54,496 nucleotides of DNA from Saprolegnia diclina VS20 (Eukaryota). The notes beneath the pieces are model-generated. The model was not told the origin of the DNA and did not search any database. It was given only the letters and a program-made list of their open reading frames with translations. Position 1 is the first letter of the stretch, and every line of letters starts with the position of its first letter. Below, piece after piece: positions 38,112-50,255 of this stretch. The stretch lies in contig NW_008246095.1 of NCBI RefSeq assembly GCF_000281045.1, positions 445,197-499,692 of the forward strand, written 5' to 3'. Made by a program: the position numbers and the translations under genes.

Positions 38112-39450
38112 CGAATCTCGGAGAATGCAGACTGGGGCCCGAAATCGAAGGGTCGTTTCGCGCGCGTGGTGAGCCCTAAACCGCGACGCTTGGGCGATCG
38201 CGAACCGGCGCGCCGTTGCACGAGAAACAAGTATGGAAGAAAATACCGGCACCTGATTGGCCGACGCACGATCTTTGGGAGGATGCCAGTTGGTGCCAGC
38301 CACCGAACGCGTGTGGTCAGGCGCCGAGTCTGACGCAACGAGTAGCTTTGTACTGGCGATCGTCGAGCTTACGTTTAGTACTGTACGTGTAGAGCAGACT
38401 CTGCTGCATGTGCCTCTCGGATTTGGATAAGACCCCAAAGACGCGGCCATTGTGGGCGACGCGGAATAGAAGGTTCGCAGTGCATCTTGTCTATGCAAAT
38501 GCGCTGGATGGGGCTTTGGTGCGGAGGCCCACGTCAACGTCGGGCGTCGACTTGTTTCTGCTGCTTGCCCACCCAAGGTGCGCGTGGACCGAGGAGACGT
38601 CCCACCCTCGGAGAGCAACCACTGGCGCAAAGTATGGGCGAGAACCAGACGCGATGGCCCTTCGTGCTCACGTTCAAGATTCGTCGCGCTTACGACACTG
38701 CCAGCTGGGGCAATTGACACGGCAATCTGCCCCGTCCTGGATAAAATCAGTGTGTATGAGCACACTTCTGTTTGCAGTTGCGTAGCTACTCGGGCGCTGC
38801 AGCTGCGGACCATCCTGCGCAAAGGATGCTTTGCCAGTGCCATCCAAGGCGCGCCGTCGCGAACCCATCCTCTCGCGCCGCAGGAATAACCAGATTGCCA
38901 CGCATACAAGTGTGGCAAGTGCATAGCAGCGGCGCCGGAGAAGCGGCCGAGCACATGTCGGCACACGGAACGCGAGTAGCAGATGTGCAAGCCCCAATAG
39001 GCGCTGGCGTGGGACGTCGTGGCATTGCATACTCGGTCGCCTGCCGACTCGGTGCCGTGCCTGCCCAATCCACGATCTTGGCGGGGCCGACTCTGCTCCT
39101 GGCCTTTCTGTGCAGGTGCATATTCGTTTGGCGAATATATTGGTTTTGGAGAGGTCTCCCATAGTGTATAAACGTGCATTTCCTATTAGCATGATACTCG
39201 AGTATCAAGTACTAGAGGGTATCGCATGGTACAGTATCGTCCACCGACCAGGGCGTCGCGCGACCAGGTTGCATCTCGCCTGATGTGGTGCTTGCACCAT
39301 GTGTTTACCCGATGCCAACGGCGCCGAGGAGGGCGGTCGGTCGTCCAACTCTGCAGTAGCCACTCTCGTGATGGCGCAGCCTGCTGCATCATTGATGGAC
39401 CCACGCCATTTCCTCTTTGGCCACCGCCTCGACACCCAGTACACAACACC

Positions 39451-40053
39451 ATGGACCTCCACTTCATCTTGACGCCGCCGACGACGACAACGACCGCCGT
39501 CGAGAGTAATGCCGTGCACAACAAGTACACGTTGGAAGGCTCGGGTAATTCGTCGCCGACGAGCCCCGAAGGCCTCTACCCGTCCTACGATCAGCACCAC
39601 CAGCACCACCAGCACCAGCACCAGCAGGAAGTGTTTTCACCCGTCTTTCGCGCACCGACGCTGCCGCCGCTCTGCACCTTGCACCCGGAGCACGTTCGAC
39701 CGTCCGATAAGAACATTCAGTGGTACCGCAGTGTCATGGCGCGCACCAACCCGCTCGAGAGCATGATCCAAGGGCCCATGAAGCGCCCGACGCCCGTCCA
39801 AACCGCACCCCGTGGCGGCGCGTGCATCATCCAAGGCTGCCGCAACAAGGCGGTGAGCCGCGGCAAGTGCATCACGCACGGCGGTGGCTGCCGCTGTAAG
39901 TTTGAGGGCTGCGTCAACGGCGCCAAGATGCGCGGGCTCTGCCACCTGCATGGCGGGAAGCGGCAGTGCCAGCAAGACGGCTGCCAAAAAGATGCCAAAC
40001 TCAAGGGGCTCTGCTGGGCGCACGGTGGCCGCCGCCCCAAACCCACCAAGTAG
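39451..40053 (+). CDS. Protein with three C-X4-C-X9-C-X2-H-G-G repeats ('WRKY19-like' zinc-finger repeats common in oomycetes)
   Basis: CIIQGCRNKAVSRGKCITHGG, CKFEGCVNGAKMRGLCHLHGG and CQQDGCQKDAKLKGLCWAHGG. Start acaccATG 39451 (MDLHFIL), intronless. Confidence 0.85.
   Translation: MDLHFILTPPTTTTTAVESNAVHNKYTLEGSGNSSPTSPEGLYPSYDQHHQHHQHQHQQEVFSPVFRAPTLPPLCTLHPEHVRPSDKNIQWYRSVMARTNPLESMIQGPMKRPTPVQTAPRGGACIIQGCRNKAVSRGKCITHGGGCRCKFEGCVNGAKMRGLCHLHGGKRQCQQDGCQKDAKLKGLCWAHGGRRPKPTK
39592..39627 (+). repeat. CAG/CAC coding microsatellite (Gln/His tract)
   Basis: cagcaccac cagcaccac cagcac cagcac cagcag, encoding QHHQHHQHQHQQ. Confidence 0.7.
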
Positions 40054-40868
40054 TTGTCATCGCCCATCCTTATATTTATATCCAATATACGACCATGTAA
40101 AGCTAAAGTCCAACGGGGTTGGCTTCTTCAACACGGTTTACACGACGTCTCTATCAGGTCAACGCATTCGGTACGACGGCGTCGGGGTGTAGGTACGAGG
40201 AGGTACGAGGAGGTAGCTCGAGCTTTTGCCGATCCTCTTATGAGCGTACTGTAGTACACAGCGTTGCAGAGGCAGTGCAGGAGATGTCTGCGGCACCGAG
40301 GACGCACGAGCGTTCGACGATTGGGTGCGAGCACGTCGCAGGCTCCAGCAGCGTCATCCATATACGATACTTGGCGCCGTCGCCTCTTGGGTGGTTGCAG
40401 GCGCCGTGGATTTGCGCGGCCCACGTTTATGAAGCGCAACGCGCGATCACCGCTCCACTGCACGGCCTTCCAAGCGCGGAGGAGGATCGGGGGCAAGCCA
40501 GCGCGGGTTCAAGTCCCCTTCAAGATGGCTGCCATCCACGATCGCGCGGACAGCGCGTTTTTGGATCCTTCGAGCGAGCATCCCCGCACTTCCCATGCAG
40601 TAGTATCTCTACGTAGTCCCATCCGATAACGAATTCGACAAGGCGTCGATACACTCTCACCCTCCCGCTGCTAGTACGGACTCTGGTCGTCTTTGGCACC
40701 ACTTGTGGGTTAAAAATCCACCTTTTAGTACAGAGCCAAGCTCCGGGCTGCACTATCACGCCTCGCTACCCGACTGCATCGGCTCGATCGGGACTCGTCG
40801 CGATAGTATGGACTTTCGGAGCTGCATCGGTCGACGATCGGTCCTTTCTCGAAAGTCGATGGGGTCGG

Positions 40869-40905
40869 CCAATCCACGCCTCGGATTTCGTAATTAATGG
40901 CCAAT
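40869..40905 (+). promoter_or_regulatory. Pair of CCAAT boxes, 32 bp apart, upstream of SF3B4
   Basis: ggCCAATc at 40869-40873 and at 40901-40905. Confidence 0.6.
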
Positions 40906-40991
40906 CAAAGAGGTTGGATCTTGAGGTAGGGGGCCCTAGCGAAACGTTTGGAAAAGCACGGTGGTGCGTGTGGGGGGTGGTGCAAAAAGCC

Positions 40992-41831
40992 ATGTCTGCG
41001 TCGGCGGCCATCGAACAGCGCAACCAGGAGGCGACCGTCTATGTGGGCAACCTCGACGAGAAGGTGACCGAGGAGCTGCTCTGGGAGCTCATGCTGCAGG
41101 TCGGCGTCGTCGTCAACGTGCACATCCCGCGCGACAAGGTCACGTCCAAGCACAGCGGCTTTGGCTTTGTCGAGTTCCGCACCGAGGAGGACGCCGAGTA
41201 TGCGACCAAGGTCATGAACATGATCCAGCTCTTCAACAAGATCATCAAGGTCAAGAAGGCATCGCAGGACACGAAGACGCTCGACATTGGCGCCAACCTC
41301 TTCCTCGGCAACCTCGACCCGGACGTCGACGAGAAGCTCCTCTACGACACCTTCTCGGTCTTTGGCGGCATCATCGAGACGCCCAAGGTCATGCGCGACG
41401 TCGATACGAAGCAGTCAAAGGGCTTTGGCTTTGTTGCCTACGACTCGTTTGAGGCTGCGGACCTTGCGATCGAGTGCATGAACGGCCAGTACCTCTGCAA
41501 CCGGCAGATCGTCGTCCAGTACGCATACAAGAAGGGCAGCCAGAGCGAGCGCCACGGGTCGCAGGCCGAGCGCCTCCTCGCGTCCAACAACCCAAGCAAG
41601 ATCAAGCCCCACACGCGGTTTGCGTTTGCGACGCCGGCCGTGCCGGCCGCGCCGACCATGATGCACGCCCAGATGCACCCCCAGATGGGCCACACCATGT
41701 ACCAGCAGCCGCCGCCGCCGCCCGCCGGCATGATGTACCAGCAGCCCCCGCCCGTGCCGGCGACCATGATGTACCAGCAACCGGCGCCCATGTACAGCAT
41801 GCCACCGCCGCCGCCGCCGCAACAGTATTAA
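40992..41831 (+). CDS. SF3B4: Splicing factor 3B subunit 4 (two RRMs, Pro/Gln/Met-rich tail)
   Basis: [62 protein letters not shown]. Intronless. Confidence 0.95.
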   Translation: MSASAAIEQRNQEATVYVGNLDEKVTEELLWELMLQVGVVVNVHIPRDKVTSKHSGFGFVEFRTEEDAEYATKVMNMIQLFNKIIKVKKASQDTKTLDIGANLFLGNLDPDVDEKLLYDTFSVFGGIIETPKVMRDVDTKQSKGFGFVAYDSFEAADLAIECMNGQYLCNRQIVVQYAYKKGSQSERHGSQAERLLASNNPSKIKPHTRFAFATPAVPAAPTMMHAQMHPQMGHTMYQQPPPPPAGMMYQQPPPVPATMMYQQPAPMYSMPPPPPPQQY

Positions 41832-41878
41832 ACGACGACAATCGACACTCTCTACCTTGACCCTGGACGCCGCCATTC

Positions 41879-44800
41879 TTAGGACGCTTGCACTTTCCAG
41901 CGCTGCCCAATGAGCTTGATCTGCTTGAGGCGGTCTTCTGCGTTGAGCACAAACTCGATGCGGTCGTGGTGGAACGCGCGGCAGGCCAAACTCGCGTTCA
42001 GCGCCGTGAGCCGGACGGCCTCGGCCACGCAGAGCGCCGGCACGATTTGTGTCCCGCTCAGCGGACCAAACACGAGGCCGTCTTGCTTGCAGAGGACGCG
42101 GACGCGGTAGAACGACGGGCACTCGTCGAGCGGCTGGACGACGATACGGACGTCCGTAAAGTGTCCGGACACGACCGGCTCGTCCGCGACGTCACTGTGC
42201 ACGTCGTCCAAGTAAATTATGTGCACAAAGTCGTTGCCGAGATGACGCTTCTTGCTGTGTCGCCGTCCGTCGCCGTCCTCGGCGCTCGACAATGACGGCG
42301 ACGAGGTGCCGTCGTTCTCCGTTGGCTCGGAGAGCGGTCCGTGCATCATGGTAGGAACGTGAAACACAACCTGGTGACCATAAGACGCCGAAGAACCGCG
42401 ACAACCACCTACCTGCAGGCACGAGTCGCGGTAGATAAGGCCGTACGTGCCGTCGCTGCTGTTCGGCGACGTGTCGAGGCCCCCGTTGTAGCCGTCGATG
42501 GCGTCCATGCGAACGATGCGCCCGAGACCGCGCAAGAAGCGCACATAGCGAGGGCTACCACCGACGACCGAGAGCACGTCCTTCTCGTTGGCCTTGCCGC
42601 GGGCCACGTAGAGGACGCCGATCTTGTGCGTCTCGTAGGGTGGTGAGAGATCGAGGACGCTCAGCGCCCGTGTGAGCCCGTCACCGTCGACGAGCTCGTC
42701 CAAGCCGCTGAGCTGGTGTGCCACGAGTGGGTTGATGTCAAAGAGCTGGCTCATGACATGGAGCGGGTGCGCCTCCTCTACCACAGGAGGCTATGAACAT
42801 GCTGGTGACGGCGTACGACCCTACCCTTGGGCGATGTGTCGAGACGGTAGCGCTGGGTGCCGGTCGCGCGTCGGACGACGACCTGTGTGACGCCGAGCCC
42901 GGTCCGGACCGTCACGATCGTGTTTTGAAAGCTCCACGATCTACGCGCTGCATGAGCGACGGCGGCACATGGTAAGCACGCACACTTGGCGGGGCGCGGG
43001 CAAGAGGCGGGGCGCGGGCTCGGGCGTTGCCGGTGCAAACGCGATCGACTTGATGTAGTCCATGGCGACTTGGTCCAGCACGGGCGCGTCTGGACTTGAT
43101 AGTAACGGCACCGCGGCGTGGGCCAACGCGCCCCGGAGCGCCACGGGCGCGCAGGCAAAGCAGTGTGCGAGCACCATGTAGGCGCTGTACACGATGCGCT
43201 TTGGCGCGCTCGGCAAGTGCAGTCCCCGCAGCGCAAAGTGCAAAATCGCATCGGACTGCACCTCGGCCAGTGCTCGCGTCCGGTGCGCTCGAAACAAGTT
43301 TAGAAGCAGCTCGAGGCCCATGCACACGAGGTCGGGGACAAAGCTGCCGTCGTCCGTGGTGCACGTTCGTTGGACGATCGCGTCGACGATGGCGGGAAGC
43401 ACGCTCTCCGCTTCGTCCGGCATCAAGAGCGAGAGCGTCCCGAGGCCAGAGGTCACAGTGTGGGCCAGCGCCCGTTCCGCGGCCTGGAGCGCCATATCCG
43501 GGGCGGTGGGGACGCCATTTGCCGGCCAGGCGGCCACGGACGGGCGCAGGTCGAGGCCGTGGACAAATGTTAAGAAGAGTCGGCGCTGCGCCGCCGCATT
43601 GAGCTGGGCGTCCGTGCTGCCAAAGAGCAGGAGCAGCTCAAAGCCGCGATCGAGGTACGTGGCCGCCGCGCGCCGCCATGCGCTCGGACTCACGTCGGCA
43701 GCGAGTCCGTGCGCGATCGCAGCGCGGCCAAACGCGCGGCACTCGACACACGACACGAGCTTGAGCGCCATGTCGCTCAGGTTCACGTCGTGGAGCACGA
43801 ACCGGTTCTCGAGCATCTTGCGCAGCGCAGCGATGGCAAGCTCCAGTACGTCCGTGTGGGTTTCTGTGCTCGCGAGGCTCAGAAGCGCGACGACAGCCTT
43901 GGCCACCGGCACACACGCCATGTGCAGACCATGCGAGACAGCACTCCGAGCCGACACTAGCAGCCGCGAAACTTTGGTTTCGTGGGGCAGCTCCAATTGC
44001 ATCTAGAGTATTGGGATGTACAGTCGTTGATGCCGCGACCCGAGTATGTACCTGGTACGACGCGTTGGCTGTCGAGAGACGCAAGAGACACTCGACCGCG
44101 GTCCGGCGCACGGCCACATGCCGGTGCGTCGCACAGTAGCCTACAGCATCCCCTTGTCCGCTGAGATAAGACATCATGTGTACCTGTCAATAGCTCGTAC
44201 GTGCGCACGGCGCGGACCAGCGGGACGTGCAAGAAGCACACTTCAAAGAGCTTGACGATCGCGTGGACGCCAATCTCTTGGGCGTCGGTCGACTTGGACG
44301 CGACGACCGCATTGTGCAAGATATCGACGAGCGCGTGAAACTTGGTCGTCTCGACGTGCTCGGCGACGCGCGCGAGGTGGTTGAGCCCCGACGAGCGCAC
44401 GTCCGGGCTCGGGTCGTCGTACACACACTCGAGCGCCGGCAGAAGAAACTCCTCGAGGACCCGGTCTTCGCAAAGGAACCGACTCGCGTCCAGCGTCTCG
44501 AACAGCACGTGCAGCGCTGCGAGCCGCACGGGCGACGGCACCGCCGTGGCATGGTAAAAATGCGTCAAAACGTCGGCGAGGTGACTCGACCACTGCGGGT
44601 GCGTCACGGGGTGGCACGCCGCACCGCGATGCGCCACAAGCCGCATAAGGAGCGGCTCGGGGCACTGCGCGAGGTACACTTGGGCGACATCCAGGAAGGC
44701 ATCAACGTCGCCTTGAAACTGGTCGGCGTCGACGAGCTTGTCGATGAGGACGAGCGTCTCGAGAAGGTTGGTGCGAATTTCGACTGGGCGGTCCGGCGAG

Positions 44801-46040
44801 AGCACCCATGGCTGGAGCGCGAACAAGCAGTCAAAGATGATGCGCCACTCGACCAAGAGCTGGTCGCCGTACTTTTTGACGAGCCGGAGGAGCGAGACGA
44901 CCACTTCTTGGACGACGACAACGTGGTGGGACTCGAGCGCGCGCCGGTGGCTCTGCAAAATCGTGGCCCAGCCAAACTCGAGCTCCGTGATGCGCTTCCA
45001 GCCCCAGCACGACATGGCGAGAAAGTAGATGGCGCCGCGCTGGACGTACGGCGACGTCGCTTTCGTCTCGAGAAGGTCCAGGAGCCCGTGGAGGGTATGG
45101 TGCCGGCTCGGGCCCAAGAGCAGCTTCTTGATGACGCCCCAGGTGAGGTCGGCCAGACTGTTGGCCAGTCCGCAGATCGTCTGGAGACACGCGGGTGCTG
45201 ACGCAGCGCGATCGAGCTTGTGCGCCACAAGCTTGGACGCAAACATGAGGAAGCGCTCCCCCACGTCCGTGTCGCCGCGCGTCCACGCCACGTCCGAGTG
45301 CGCGGCCAGCGTCACAGCAAACTCCGTGATAACCTCCAGAGAGAGCGCATGCGGTGAGCGCCGAACGATGCAGTGGAGGAGCGAGAGGAGATCCTTCTGC
45401 GCGTCCGACTCGCGCAGCAGCTGGAGAAGGTACGGTCCGAGGTCGGTCGCGAACGGGCCGACGAGCCGTCCGTCCTGCAGCACGCGGCGCAGACTCTTTT
45501 GCCGCCGACTATAGTCGCCGTGGCCTTGCAGCAGCGCGCGAAAGATCGAGGTGCGCAGCGCCATGAGCGCCTACAAGGGTCGTCGATACCTACATCGTTC
45601 AAGCGTCCAAGGCGTACCCGGTCAGCGTGCAAGTCAAAGCACGTGTCGATAAAGTCAAATGCAAGCGCGCGGGCGTCGGCGGACCGGTGGCTGAGAAGGT
45701 CCTGCACGCACTCCCACATGGCCACGAGCGATGCGCCGTCGACGCGGACGCGACGCAAGTCGGCAAGGATCTCGGCCACATGCTTGAGGTACGTCCGGTC
45801 GTCCTTGTGCCGTCCAGCGCCGAGGCTCAGCCCCAATGGATCAGTGCGCGCGTCCTGTGCTTGGTGCCGCAGCTGGCAGAGCTGCACGAGGGTCGCGACG
45901 TGGGCGACCACCGCCTCGTCGTCGATCGGCGACGCGATCGCCTTGCGCAGCACGTCGTGCTCGTCATCGCCCAGCGAGTCGGCGTCGCGCTCAGGGCCCA
46001 TGCGCGGTCCGTCCTCCGAGCTCTTCCGCGACGCAAACAT
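41879..46040 (-). CDS. TSC2: Tuberin/TSC2 homologue (HEAT-like N-terminus + RapGAP-type domain), ~1,300 aa
   Basis: RGAIYFLAMSCWG, EVVVSLLRLVKKYG and VVVRRATG match my recollection of TSC2. GAP domain: THKIGVLYV, GSPRYVRFLRGLG, VFHVPTMM, KKRHLGNDFVHIIY (Asn thumb). About 6 short introns. Confidence 0.85.
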
Positions 46041-46396
46041 GGCGGGTACTAGTAGTTGCTAGCGACCGGATCCGCGGATTTCACCAGTCGCAGATGTTGG
46101 CTAAAAACACCCACATTGCACCACACCAGAACCAGCTACCAACCTCAACCAGCTACTCGGCTACGGCTACCCGAACACAGTGCTTACGAGAACACCTTTG
46201 GCCTGCCTCGAGGCCAACGCCAGATGAAGAGGGTTGAGGAAGCTAGCCGTCAACAAGCGTTGGCACAACGCTTCTGCGTGGGACACGACGGCGCTTCCGA
46301 CCTCGTCCCACGCAGTACGAGGTAGGAGCTTCAGCGCCAAGACTTGTTAGAGATGCCATCGAAGCACAACATGTTTAGGGCGAGGGTGTTGATCGA

Positions 46397-49300
46397 CTAG
46401 AGAGTCGGGCGCGGCGAGCACCGAAGGTCGGCCACGATGTGGAAGACCTTGGGCGCATACGACTTGACGCGCTCAAAGTGCACGAGCTCGACGGTCCAGT
46501 GCTTGCCAAAGCTGACGGCGAGCGATTCGATCGAGCGCACAACATGCTGCTTCCTACAGCGTAACATTGGTTGCATGAGACCGAGCCCAAGGCGAGACCA
46601 GTCGCGTACCACGCGTCCATGTGATCAACGGCGACGTTTTCGTGGACGTGCAGCATACCGCCACCGGCCTTGAGCACCTGGACGGCAACGGGCCACCCGA
46701 GTTCGCTTGACGGCAGCAAACTAAGATTCGTCGCGCATGAGGTCCGTATCCGACGGTGACGCATGTACCCGAGGTTGACGCGATCGGCAATGGCACCGAG
46801 GCTCGGGCCCGTCACCCGGTTGTCGCCCAAGTAGACAGAGCAGCGGTCGCTCACGCCGTTGCGCGCAAGGTTGTGCTGGAGGCACGCGACCGAGTCGGGG
46901 TTCCACTCGAGCGCGTGGACGTACGCGGCCTTGCCGTGGACGAGGAATGGCACGACGTAGTAGCCAATGCCAGCGTACAAGTCGACAATCACCTCGTTCG
47001 CACAGCCTACATCGAGTTTTGGCGGAGATTCTTGGAAGAAGACGAGATATAGGAGGACCGATACGGGCCATGCGCGCCTTCTCCGTGACGTTGCCCGAGG
47101 AAAACATGACCCTTTCAATGTCCCAGCCGTACGTGAGGCCGTTCTCGCGCACCTCGACCCAGCCCACACCGCTATTTGTCATCGTTAGCTACGGACCAAG
47201 AGACGACGAGTACTTGGAAGGCGGCTCAAACGCCGGGTGGACAAAGAGGAGCGACACGCGGCTCTGGCGGCGGTCGTTCGGGTCGACGTCAGCGTTGCGC
47301 GCGACACGGCGGATGGTTTGCACGGCGTCGGCGACCGCGAGCCAGAGCGTTCGGTCTCGCCACGCAGGCTCCATGCAAGCGTTCTAAGCACCATGGCCAT
47401 GAGCTCCAACCAACAGTGGCCACGACCGACCTTGGGCAAGACGAGAATGTCTGCGATAAACTCAAACTTGGAGGGCGCGAGGCCGAGGCCGTGGGCCGCC
47501 GCGTGCGCCTGCAGAAGGCTGTGGACGAGGACGTTGGGGTTGAGCACAGGTTTGCGAGCATTCGCCGCGTCTACGACGACCGGCAAGTGCGCCAAGCTCT
47601 ACGACGGTGCTTACAGAAGACGGCACGGGGCGTCGACGTACCGACGGGAGGTCGGCGACCAAAATCGGCGCTACAAACACGCTCGGGTCCTCGTTCTACA
47701 GGACGTTTTGGTGACTCTGCTTGTATCGATAGACGGTGCTACCGAAGGGTGAATGCGGCGACTCTTGTCGTAGAGACCGAGCGCTTCGAGTTGCGTCTTG
47801 ACAGCCTTGACTTGGTCCTTCGGCACGAGCACGCCGTGGGCCTCCGTAACAGGCGTGTTTGGCGCGACGACGGCGACCGGGACGTCCGTGGTCGTTGCTG
47901 CTGCTTCTTTCTTCTGTTTGTTCTTCTTCTTGGACGGAGGGACCGCAAGCTTGGCGTCCGACGTTACTGCCGGCGTCTTCTTGACCCGAATAGGCGCGGC
48001 GTTGGTAATGGCGATGACGCAAGTGGCCGCAGCGCTCTCGGGCACGACGTGCGCCAAGTGCTTCTCCAGAACCTACGCGCATTTGAGATTCAAAAACGCA
48101 GTTCATTGCACACGACCTCGTCCGGACCGAGCTGCTGGATCGCGTCGTAGACGGGCACCATGCAGGCGCCGTCGACAGGTCCATTGACCTAGCAAGGGAT
48201 GAGGGATGTGCATACTACGCAGTAGGCGCAATGGTGGGCCTACCACGGGTGCGATGCGACGGTTCTTGTCGTAGAGCGAGAGCGCTTCGAGGCGTGTCTT
48301 GACCGTCTTGACAAGGGCCTTCTCGACGACGATGACCAGTGTCTTGGAGGCGGGTGCGGTTGTCGCACTGGCGCTAGCCGTACTGGCCTCGACGACCACC
48401 TGGAGCTCGAGGGCCAAGACGTAGACGGGGCTGTACACGCTTCCAAACCCAAAGCACTGGCAACTGCCGCCCGTGATGAGACACGACGCGGTCGCGTCGT
48501 CGTAGACCATGCTGTGGCTGCTCAACACTGCGCCGTCGTCGAGCGCCTCGTGTTGCCGCCAGCTCATTCCTACACGTGTGTTTTGAAGCCATTCTCGCCA
48601 TTCAACACCGTTGGTACGGTCGAGGTGGAGCGAAAAGACGTCCCGCTGGCACGTCATGAGCGACGACGAGCCGCCCGTGAGCACAATGTGCTGGTCCTGG
48701 ACGTTGACCGCCTGGAGACTGGCCCGTGCGCACGGCAGCACCTTGCCGGTCGTGGCTTGGACACGCCACGAGTCGCCAATCATGTCGTACACGTGGAGGC
48801 TCTGGAGCGTCATTTCATCCAGCGCGTCGGGCGTCGCGCGCCCCCCAAAGCAGTAGACCTCCTGGCGCACAGCCACCGCCGCGTGTTGAAACATACTCGG
48901 TCCTACATTTGGCTCGCAACATTCTTCACAAGCGATGGCATACCGGACCGGCGAACGCGCCACGCCGGCGGCGTCACACCAAGGTCGAGCACAAACACGT
49001 CATTGAGAACACGCGTGGCATCACGACCGCCAAGAATGACCATGGCGTTGCCGACTAGAGCGTATCGATGAAGCTCCCTTCACAACGTCAAGAAGAAGCT
49101 ACGCACCGAGGACTGCAGCATGGCCGTAGCGCGGAGAAGGGACGTCGCCCGTTGTCGCCAGGACCGTGCACTCGAGCGTCGTGAGGTTGATCGAGTAGAG
49201 TTCGTTGAGCGCCTTTGTGGGGCTCGCGCGACCGCCAAAGACGAGCATCGCGCCGTTGTGGACAACAGCCGAGTGGTGCATGCGGGCGGTCATGGGCATA

Positions 49301-50255
49301 TCGCATGTCTGCAGAACGGCCTTGGTGGCGGCATCGACAACAACAACGTCACTGAGACGCGAGGTACCCGTGGCGGTGGCACCTTGGCCGCCAAGCAAGT
49401 AGACGCGGCCCTTGTCTAGCCTCGCTTCATGAGTGATACCACCTCGGGAGAGAGGGAGGTGCGTACGGAGGACGCTCGTGTGGCCGGCACGAAGCACTTC
49501 GATAGCAGCGCGCGTTGCCGACATTGACGTTAGCTGCGTGCGCGGCGGCGCAAAGAGCGCTGACGAGAGCTCGGCCATGAAGCGCTGGGTCTTGACGACG
49601 TTGGCCGCAAACTTTTCGTTGGCGATCGCAAGGATCCAGCGCAAATACACGTCGTCGACCATGAGCTTTCCGTTCAGCGCGATCGGAATTTCCATCGAGT
49701 TGGCGGTCGTACGGATCGCGACCATTGTCCGCTTGTTGCCGAGGACGACGCCCGACTCGCGAAAGCCGCAGGCGAGACCGCACTGGAGCATGGCTTTGGC
49801 CGCCTCTTCGTCGCGGCATTGCACGTGCATGATGAACGGCTCGTGCTTGAAGATGACCTGGAACAAAACGCCATCGTATAGGACGGCAAAATGTGATGCA
49901 TACCATGCCATTGAGCTGCGACGGGTCGGCGAGCACGGCCGCGTGCAGCTCGTCGTACGAGACGGGCGCGTGCGAGCTCACGAGCCACTTGCCGCCTTTC
50001 GTGATCAAGTGGTCGGCGCCGTCTTCGGCGACGCCGCAAAAGACAGCGATGCGCCCCGAGCAACTGCTGCTCGTGACCTACACGAGCGGTGATGCACAGC
50101 CGTGACCGATGGCAGCGTACGTAGTTGGGATGGCCGTTCACGGCTTCGATCATATCGACGATCGGCGCATCGATGCTGCCCTTGGGCGACTTGTCGATCG
50201 CGTCCTGCAGCTTCTGGAGCGACTCGCGCTTGGACGCATCGAACGCATGCAGCAT
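46397..50255 (-). CDS. tRNA wybutosine-synthesizing TYW3-Kelch(TYW4 C-term)-TYW2 fusion protein
   Basis: TYW3: DKSPKGSIDAPI, TSSSCSGRI, GGKWLVSSH, FKHEPFIMHV, GFRESG. Kelch repeats: ARMHHSA..LVFGGR, PSPRYGHA. TYW2: ENGLTYGWD..VMFSSGNVTEK, DLYAGIGYY, ADRVNLG, VKSYAP. Many short introns. Confidence 0.9.

Noticed and set aside
37800..39179. 459-aa ORF extending the giant gene's first exon ~1 kb upstream
   Set aside because: The upstream part has non-coding-like composition and contains a CCAAT box (38256). Recognisable PH sequence begins right after ATG 38111.
8281..41831. DDX46 and SF3B4 (both U2 snRNP-related) in the same window as a possible functional cluster
   Set aside because: They are about 30 kb apart with unrelated genes in between, which is consistent with chance.
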